Shown here piece by piece: positions 20,740-27,431 of a stretch of 35,924 nucleotides of DNA (position 1 is the first letter of the stretch; each line of letters opens with the position of its first letter). Made by a program: the position numbers and the translations under genes. Under the pieces are notes generated by a model. It had not been told where the DNA came from. It did not search any database and saw only the letters and a program-made list of their open reading frames with translations. This DNA comes from a virus: IMG/VR virus record IMGVR_UViG_3300045988_097468; one strand, written 5' to 3'.

Positions 20740-20893
20740 CTTGAAAATCTGAATTTGATCGTTCCTTATCTCTTTGATAATTTTTGACCACAGTTTTAAG
20801 CCATTTTTATAGCTTTTGTTTCTAGTAGATTACTACTATTTTTTATCTTACATTATCTTGCAAGCATTTGTCCTAGCATGAGTTTCTACCTTA

Positions 20894-21811
20894 TTATAAT
20901 AACTCATTCACACGATGCTGAATCTTATTAGGATCATACCCTGCTGCCTTAAGCCTGTCAATACGTTCCTGTCCATTGCCCCACTTTCCTATGATGACTT
21001 CATGCGCAACTGCATTGATGATCTTATCCTGTGTCATCTGTGATGCCTTGACAAGTTTGTTGACTGCTGCCTGAACCTTGCTATAGTCATATCCAGCCTT
21101 TGTCAATCTGCTCTTGCGATCAGCACCATTGCCCCAGCGGCCAACCAAGACTTCCCTTGCAATCGTATTTACACTCTTCTTTACCGGCTTAATAGTGGCA
21201 ATCTTCACAGCCTTAGTAGCCAGCTTGCGCCATGATACTGCGCTGATGTATGCTTTGTTCAGATCAAGGCTACCAGCGTATCCTGCAAGCTTGCCGACAG
21301 ATGTATACTGCCTGATCAAGCAATTATACTTTCCCTCGTTCCACGGATGCTCCTGGTAGCCAGTCTGCTCATAATCTGGGTACTGAGCGACCCACAAGCC
21401 ATACCCAGCTTTCTTCACTGCATCCATGGCGCTCTTCTGTACATATATGATCGGCTTAATGCCGGTTTTTTTCTGCACATAACTACACCACTGCAAGCAC
21501 CACTCGAGATCCTTGACGCCAAACAGATGGTTGTTTTTGGCTTCCCAGTCAAGCACAATTATCGCCTTGCCGATGTATTTCTTGCAGCAGGCCAGGAAAC
21601 TATCAGCCTCTTTCTGCGGGTCTCCGCCGTTTGCATAGTGGTATACCCCCAGTAGCTTCTTCCTGTTCAGGACCTTATCACAATGCGCTGTAAAATATCT
21701 GTTCTTGTAGTCTGTTCCCTCCGTCGCTTTCACGATACAGAAGTCGTATGGCACTTTAGCAAGGTCTATATTTTTATCCCCCTGCCAGGCACTAATGTCT
21801 ATACCATTCAT
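20894..21811 (-). CDS. Endolysin: GH25 muramidase with two Cpl-7-type (CW_7) wall-binding repeats
   Basis: The N-terminus GIDISAWQG…FCIVKATEG…GVYHYA is GH25. The C-terminus has two copies of G(R/K)WGNGxxRxxxLxxAGYDxxK(V/I)QxxVNxL. Confidence 0.9.
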   Translation of the reverse strand: MNGIDISAWQGDKNIDLAKVPYDFCIVKATEGTDYKNRYFTAHCDKVLNRKKLLGVYHYANGGDPQKEADSFLACCKKYIGKAIIVLDWEAKNNHLFGVKDLEWCLQWCSYVQKKTGIKPIIYVQKSAMDAVKKAGYGLWVAQYPDYEQTGYQEHPWNEGKYNCLIRQYTSVGKLAGYAGSLDLNKAYISAVSWRKLATKAVKIATIKPVKKSVNTIAREVLVGRWGNGADRKSRLTKAGYDYSKVQAAVNKLVKASQMTQDKIINAVAHEVIIGKWGNGQERIDRLKAAGYDPNKIQHRVNELL

Positions 21812-22140
21812 TTCCCGTCACGCTCCTTTTTCTCTATATCTCCGCCTCTGTAAAATCTCTTAAATATTTCAATCAAGTAGTCCCATCCCCTAGTACATAT
21901 GAATGCAATAATAAAAGCACCAAAGAATACAGCTACAGGGTAATACCATAGTAGTCGAATATCGAAATATGATAATGCCACAAGCAAGCATATCTCACAT
22001 ATGATGAAACTTGTTATAAGTACCTGGAAAGAGGTTGGTATCTTCTTTAAGACTCCAACCTCTTTTGTAAACTCTGTTATAACTGTTATAAGGGTACAGA
22101 TCACTGCCACCACTAAAAGTAATATTGCTAACTTATCCAT
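21808..22140 (-). CDS. Holin (3 TM)
   Basis: 110 aa with three hydrophobic helices and a charged C-terminus. It overlaps the endolysin start (ATGA). AGGAGGAG RBS. Confidence 0.75.
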   Translation of the reverse strand: MDKLAILLLVVAVICTLITVITEFTKEVGVLKKIPTSFQVLITSFIICEICLLVALSYFDIRLLWYYPVAVFFGAFIIAFICTRGWDYLIEIFKRFYRGGDIEKKERDGK

Positions 22141-22168
22141 AAAAATCTCCTCCTAATATATAAATATT

Positions 22169-22444
22169 CTATTCCTGGTCATGTGCTGCCTTATTTAAGT
22201 ATTCCTCCAGCTTATCTATGGCCTCAGTCACAGGTCCGTTGCATCCCTGCTCTTTCAATCCTTTGAGGCAGGCTAAAAGTCCATATGTAATAAGGCACTG
22301 CTCTTCTTTCATCTTCTTAAGCTCTACATCCTGCTTATTCTGTCGGTCATACCACTTATAGATTGATATGAGTAATCCACCTATGAGAATTAATGCACCT
22401 ATGACTTTCCCAGCCTCTATGATCGTGTTTGTATCTACATACAT
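22169..22444 (-). CDS. Single-TM lysis-cassette protein (BhlA/UviB-like architecture; second holin or antiholin)
   Basis: 91 aa with an N-terminal TM (VIGALILIGGLLISIY) and a coiled-coil tail. It lies directly upstream of the holin. Confidence 0.5.
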   Translation of the reverse strand: MYVDTNTIIEAGKVIGALILIGGLLISIYKWYDRQNKQDVELKKMKEEQCLITYGLLACLKGLKEQGCNGPVTEAIDKLEEYLNKAAHDQE

Positions 22445-22483
22445 TGTTTGTCTCTCCTACCTATTCTAGGGCAATCGTCATTG

Positions 22484-22954
22484 TTATTTTAGGGCAATCG
22501 TCATAGTGAACGTGTGCTTTTCTCCGGGCTGTAATGTGACCGGCTCTGGTAATACATCACGTGCTATCAATATGCTAAATCCTGATAACCCTAATACTAA
22601 TCCCTGCTCTCTAATCGTAAGTCCGCTCTCGCCTGCCTGAATAACACGAGTGTATATCACTGCCTCCTTGCCATACTCACCAGATAAGGTTTTAGTTGAT
22701 GACAGCACCTTGTAATCGGTAGTCAATTCTGCTAGCTTATAATCTTCCAGGCTTTCCGGGGTGTCACCAGTTCCAAGCAATAGTCTCTGTGTCTGATCTG
22801 AGAATGTATAATCCTTGCCACCATCAGCGTCATATCTCCAATAATTAATAGCCTCATAAGCACTTTTACTTTGGTAATCTCCTGATGTCAAACGATAAGG
22901 AGATCCCCCATTAAATAAAGCTCTTATACCTGTCATAAAGTTATATGTTATCAT
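22484..22954 (-). CDS. Hypothetical tail-fibre-region protein
   Basis: 156 aa with an AAGGAGG RBS, located between the fibre genes and the lysis cassette. Confidence 0.6.
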   Translation of the reverse strand: MITYNFMTGIRALFNGGSPYRLTSGDYQSKSAYEAINYWRYDADGGKDYTFSDQTQRLLLGTGDTPESLEDYKLAELTTDYKVLSSTKTLSGEYGKEAVIYTRVIQAGESGLTIREQGLVLGLSGFSILIARDVLPEPVTLQPGEKHTFTMTIALK

Positions 22955-22965
22955 TTAATTCCTCC

Positions 22966-23736
22966 TTACTCTGTATATGGTGCATGTGCGGCTATTGTCT
23001 TTATGCTCGCACAATTTGATGTTGTTGTTGATGTCCCAATAACCTGTGTCAAACTGATACCTGTTTGTATCTCTTTGGCATTATTGATAACTACATCGAA
23101 GCTGTCTGTACTTGCGGTCTCAACACCCTTTTCGGTGACAATCGCCGCAAGCTTTTCCTTCTTATCACCGACATATTTTTTTGTGTCTTCAAGCTCCTTC
23201 TCCAGCTTTGTTATTGAGCCCTGTACTGATTCCTTGAGAGTGTCAACTTCATTGAGCAAATCCTCACATCTGCTCTGGATCTGTATGTACCATTCCTGTT
23301 CAAGTGGTTCTGGAACAACATCAGATCCTGTCATGCCGTCGAGTATGTCTTTTTCTATAGTGCGTGTTTTAAGCGCATATTTATTCCCCGCAAATTCAAT
23401 ACTGAACGCAAGTGTTCCAGCTGATGTCAGAGCCTCACCAGGGACTACCCAGCCGAACTGCAGTGTATCCTCAGATCGTCGCGCATTGATTACCTTATTT
23501 ATATCCGAATGTCCATCTGGGGAGATATAAAGCACCTGTATTTTTTTCTCTGACAGATCTATGCCGTCATAATAGCGTGGAATCTCAAACGCGATATACT
23601 GCGAATTGCATTCTCCTGCTATTAACGTCTGGTCCTTAACTGGAGTTATGGTCTTACTCTTTACATCAACTTTAAAAACAACCTCATCGCTATAATCATT
23701 GTCGTGGTCATATCCTTCTATTGCTTCATAATCCAT
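22966..23736 (-). CDS. Putative baseplate/fibre protein (BppU-N-like N-terminus, central coiled coil)
   Basis: 256 aa. The N-terminus …GECNSQYIAFEIPRYYDGIDLSEKKIQVLYISPDG… resembles BppU_N-type domains. A coiled coil spans about residues 150-200. Confidence 0.5.
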   Translation of the reverse strand: MDYEAIEGYDHDNDYSDEVVFKVDVKSKTITPVKDQTLIAGECNSQYIAFEIPRYYDGIDLSEKKIQVLYISPDGHSDINKVINARRSEDTLQFGWVVPGEALTSAGTLAFSIEFAGNKYALKTRTIEKDILDGMTGSDVVPEPLEQEWYIQIQSRCEDLLNEVDTLKESVQGSITKLEKELEDTKKYVGDKKEKLAAIVTEKGVETASTDSFDVVINNAKEIQTGISLTQVIGTSTTTSNCASIKTIAAHAPYTE

Positions 23737-23746
23737 ATGTTTCCTC

Positions 23747-24772
23747 CTATGCTGTTCTCTGCCACATATACACTGTCAGGAACGGTGGCATAATCCGAAT
23801 AGGTTTAGCGGTTCCTGTATTTTCATCGGTAGTCAGCTTCGTCTCAGTCGTGACAAATTCTGCACATGCCTGTACAGTTGCAATATGCGTATGTGCACCT
23901 TCCTTAGATGTTGTTATAGTCCCCGAAGTCGAACTTGCTGCAGCTCCCGGTTTCTCTGGCACGTACCTCGCGGTACCTGTTGCAGCTTGTTTAATCTTTG
24001 AAAAACTATGTGTATGTGCGCCTGCAGTGCTGATTTCTACCCTATGTGTATGTTTTGGCACCCCATGAATATGAGGCCGTATGGTATGTGTATGTGGAGG
24101 CAGGTTAGCTGGTTGTATCTGGATTTCCTTGCTGCCGTCGGTTCTGCCGCTTTTTGTGTCTCCAATCAGGAAATGATCGCGGATTGGTGCCCATGTGCCA
24201 CCGAATAGTAGTGCCGGATTAGTTGATGCCATGCTCATATATATACTACCTACCGGATATATTACATCGGCTATGGTAGTCAAGGAATGTAAGATTGGTA
24301 CAGCAAGTGTCACGCTGTCGACATTCAGCTCTACAATCTTAATGTAATATAAGATTACATCATCCGTGATCTCTCCGTTAAAGATATTGCCGCGATTAAC
24401 CTCTGGCTTTGGTGGGTTCTGTGTGCTTGACACCTCTTCTCCTCTTGCCACATACATTGATGCGCTTTCTACCCCAGTACCCGTATCCTTGGAATATCTG
24501 ACGACCACTGCGTCATATCTAGTCTTGCCCTGCGATCCATTTTCTATCTGCAATGTCTCGCTTGAATTCTGTGGTATTGAGAAATGTCGTCCCTGGTTGA
24601 CCAGGTCGCCGCTGCCTATTGTTATCTCGTTGTTAGAGTTCAGGGTATAAGCCATCTGCTCACCAGTCTGCATAATGTATGCATCGTTGCCGCAGATGCC
24701 GGCATTGAACCGTCCGGCATCTGCTGATGTTACATGTCCCACCCCTGCGTATCCTGTTATAAGTCTTATCAT
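23747..24772 (-). CDS. Tail fibre / receptor-binding protein with a tail-collar-like domain and an HxH motif array
   Basis: 341 aa. YPVGSIYMS…LLFGGTWAPI…FLIG…LPPHTH is collar-like. Five HxH motifs follow (HTH, HIH, HTH, HTH, HTH), and the protein ends …IMPPFLTVYMWQRTA. Confidence 0.65.
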   Translation of the reverse strand: MIRLITGYAGVGHVTSADAGRFNAGICGNDAYIMQTGEQMAYTLNSNNEITIGSGDLVNQGRHFSIPQNSSETLQIENGSQGKTRYDAVVVRYSKDTGTGVESASMYVARGEEVSSTQNPPKPEVNRGNIFNGEITDDVILYYIKIVELNVDSVTLAVPILHSLTTIADVIYPVGSIYMSMASTNPALLFGGTWAPIRDHFLIGDTKSGRTDGSKEIQIQPANLPPHTHTIRPHIHGVPKHTHRVEISTAGAHTHSFSKIKQAATGTARYVPEKPGAAASSTSGTITTSKEGAHTHIATVQACAEFVTTETKLTTDENTGTAKPIRIMPPFLTVYMWQRTA

Positions 24773-24774
24773 AT

Positions 24775-26586
24775 TTAACTCACCTCATATGTTATAGTTA
24801 CTTCGTCATTGTTGATCTTAACTATCTTCTGTGTTACTTCCTGAATGGTTGATATGCCTGTTACGCTTTCAACCGCGCCAACTATATCACCTATGTCATA
24901 TGACTGCTCTGTCTCTTCCAGGTCGATCTTCAGCGTATCGCTCGTGGTCTCCTGAAGTTTCTTGACCGCCTCAGCTACTAAGGCGGCATACTGGTCTGTG
25001 ACCTTGGTGTAATATGTTCCAGTCGTCCACTTCGGAGCGACCTTATCCGAAGACTTCTTGTAATACGTCCCGGTCTTCCATGTCGGTGCCTGACCATCCT
25101 GTTTGGTATAGTATGTCCCGCTCTTCCATGTTGGCGCCTGTTCCGTCTTCTTATATGTGTACCTTGTTTCTTTCTTCCAAACAGGTGCAACCTGGTAGCT
25201 TTCCTGCACGAAATATGTCTTGGCTTTCCATGCTGGGATCTTCTTATCTTCTCTTTCGGCAACCTTCTCATAGCCTCCAGTCTTCTTACGTTTGTAATAA
25301 CCGGTATAGTTGGTGTCCCAGTCCGTCGGCTTTCTGGTCTGTGGGTTGTACCTGTATCTTGATACGCCGTCAACCTTCTTGTATTCGGTCGTAACTCCGT
25401 CAGAGTACAGTACGTAATAGTCACCGTAATTCTTTCTCCAATCAGATGGTTGTCTTGTCTGTTTTGTATAGATTTCTTTCTCTACACCCTTGACAGATTC
25501 GTAATCGCTGCCCTTGGTATAGTAATCCTCATACTTTACAGTCCAGTCTGACGGCTTTTGTGTCTGGGCTGTGTATGTAGTTGTTCCGGATACTTTGTTA
25601 TACGAGTCGCCGTTTCTCGTTGAATAATCCCCGAAGTTCGCCGGCCAATCCGATGGCTGGTAACGTGTCAACATGTATCCTACTTCAACGCCTGCCACTA
25701 CCTTGTAGCTGTCGCCATCCTGAATGTAGTAAGCGTCATATTCTGTCGCCCAGTTTGATGGTTTGCTTGTCTGGAGAATGTAATTTGTGGTAATCTGTGC
25801 GCTGCTCATATCTAACACCTCTGCCACTTCATCCTCGCCAGTTAGTACCTGCCTTGATGTGTCAAGGATATAATCCGAGTCTTTCAGTGGGTTCTTGGTC
25901 GTAGCGTATGGCTGAATTCCTCCGTTCTCATCCGTGAAGATGTGTATCACTGCCCTGTCTGCAAGATCTCCCTGTCCCAGGCATAACATGTGATTGACTG
26001 GGGCATACTCTCTTGCCACTTCGAAATTAACCTGTGACGTGTCAAACTCCTCATCATGCGAATAGTCGCGAACCTGTTCCGCACGCATTATTACCTTGCC
26101 GTTCTGCCATTTGAGCTTGAGTTTTGCTCCGGCATCCTTAAGCATCGCCTTGATGCCTTTGTATGCTGTTACATACCTTTCGAATTGATAATGTACTGTG
26201 ATACCTGAGTCTTCTGTCGATGCCTCAAACAGAGCGGGCAGGTCTAGCCTTTCTATCAGATCGGCAAGCACTTCTTGTGCCTCACCATCCGCCACAAGAT
26301 AGTCCTGCCCCGGATCCGGACAGAGCACCTTATGATCTATGTATCCCTGCCATGTCGGGCCTGAATATGTCACTTCATCAGCTTTAGTATTTACTTTAAT
26401 CTTCTCGATGACTCCACCGTACTCCTCACCTTCAACATATATATAGTATCCAGCTTTGCAGCAGTGTGCTGCCCGGTCAATCTTGAGCTCAAAGTCATTC
26501 TCATCTTCGCCATAGGACAGGTCTAATGTGTATGCATCGAATATGCCTATGTCTTTCTTTGTGTTGTCTGCATATATCAGATCCAT
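24775..26586 (-). CDS. Tail-tip / tail-associated protein (Sipho_Gp37-like N-terminus) with a C-terminal tandem-repeat region
   Basis: 603 aa directly after Dit. The N-terminus reads MDLIYADNTKKDIGIFDAYTLDLSYGEDENDFELKI…YIYVEGEEYGGVIE. Repeats span residues 266-532. Confidence 0.65.
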   Translation of the reverse strand: MDLIYADNTKKDIGIFDAYTLDLSYGEDENDFELKIDRAAHCCKAGYYIYVEGEEYGGVIEKIKVNTKADEVTYSGPTWQGYIDHKVLCPDPGQDYLVADGEAQEVLADLIERLDLPALFEASTEDSGITVHYQFERYVTAYKGIKAMLKDAGAKLKLKWQNGKVIMRAEQVRDYSHDEEFDTSQVNFEVAREYAPVNHMLCLGQGDLADRAVIHIFTDENGGIQPYATTKNPLKDSDYILDTSRQVLTGEDEVAEVLDMSSAQITTNYILQTSKPSNWATEYDAYYIQDGDSYKVVAGVEVGYMLTRYQPSDWPANFGDYSTRNGDSYNKVSGTTTYTAQTQKPSDWTVKYEDYYTKGSDYESVKGVEKEIYTKQTRQPSDWRKNYGDYYVLYSDGVTTEYKKVDGVSRYRYNPQTRKPTDWDTNYTGYYKRKKTGGYEKVAEREDKKIPAWKAKTYFVQESYQVAPVWKKETRYTYKKTEQAPTWKSGTYYTKQDGQAPTWKTGTYYKKSSDKVAPKWTTGTYYTKVTDQYAALVAEAVKKLQETTSDTLKIDLEETEQSYDIGDIVGAVESVTGISTIQEVTQKIVKINNDEVTITYEVS

Positions 26587-27431
26587 TCCGGCTCACCTCT
26601 TTCATCGTATACAGTGATGTCAAATGCCAGCGCCTTGGCTTTGAGTATTCTTGATGTTCCTGTTTTGATTTTCTCGAATATGTCGCTGTCTCTGGCTCTT
26701 GTGTGGTATATGTTCTCTTCCCGGCCATATTGGTTATATTTTTTTATTGTCTTTGATATAGAGTTGATAACAGCGTACTCGCCTGCGGCTATGTCTGCAT
26801 CCATACCATACTTATGATCACCGATGGTTATGGTCGGCTTTGATATTGGTCCGAATATGGTCATCTCAAAGTTTGCACCAGCCACCGTATCGACACTCAG
26901 AACTTCTATGATCTCAGCCTGTCCGTAATCATAGCCGCCATAGTCAAATCCGTCATAGAATCCTTCCATACCATAATCCAACGCGCCAACCTCCCCGGAT
27001 GATGCCATGTAGCTATGTTTATATTCCTTAGTCCACATCGGATGGAGACTCAGCACTGTCAACTGTTTAGTCACAGATTCAAACAGTTCATCATAATCTG
27101 AGTGTTTCTTGCTGACTATGTATGCCCGCTTGTAATAACCGTTCCACCATATCTTTCCCGGTGTCATACGCTGTATATCTCTGTCAAACACCGTGTACAT
27201 GTGGTTCATCAACGCATTGAATTCTTCAGCGCTGTCGGCCATGATATCAAGTGTCAGAGTGTATGTCTTTGTATCCTTATAGAATCTCTTGATCTTTCCT
27301 ATGCCGTTGATTCCGGTTATTGTCGTGTAGTTCCATTCATCATCGAGCAGGCTTTCAGGCTTCTGTGCATATATGCCGCCGCTCATGAAGTCTATGATCT
27401 GCCCGTCTGAGCTTTCGTAATATAATGTCAT
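26577..27431 (-). CDS. Distal tail protein (Dit)
   Basis: 284 aa immediately after the tape measure (ATGA overlap). Size and position are typical of siphovirus Dit. Confidence 0.7.
   Translation of the reverse strand: MTLYYESSDGQIIDFMSGGIYAQKPESLLDDEWNYTTITGINGIGKIKRFYKDTKTYTLTLDIMADSAEEFNALMNHMYTVFDRDIQRMTPGKIWWNGYYKRAYIVSKKHSDYDELFESVTKQLTVLSLHPMWTKEYKHSYMASSGEVGALDYGMEGFYDGFDYGGYDYGQAEIIEVLSVDTVAGANFEMTIFGPISKPTITIGDHKYGMDADIAAGEYAVINSISKTIKKYNQYGREENIYHTRARDSDIFEKIKTGTSRILKAKALAFDITVYDERGEPEWI

Noticed and set aside
24978-25424. A 148-aa Arg/Thr/Pro-rich ORF on the minus strand and a 126-aa ORF (25014..25394) on the plus strand
   Set aside because: Both are artefacts of the tandem-repeat region of the tail-tip gene, which keeps alternative frames open. 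Their composition is not protein-like.
22484-26586. A diversity-generating retroelement targeting the fibre genes
   Set aside because: No reverse transcriptase gene is present anywhere in the genome, and I could see no template/variable repeat pair with adenine-specific differences.
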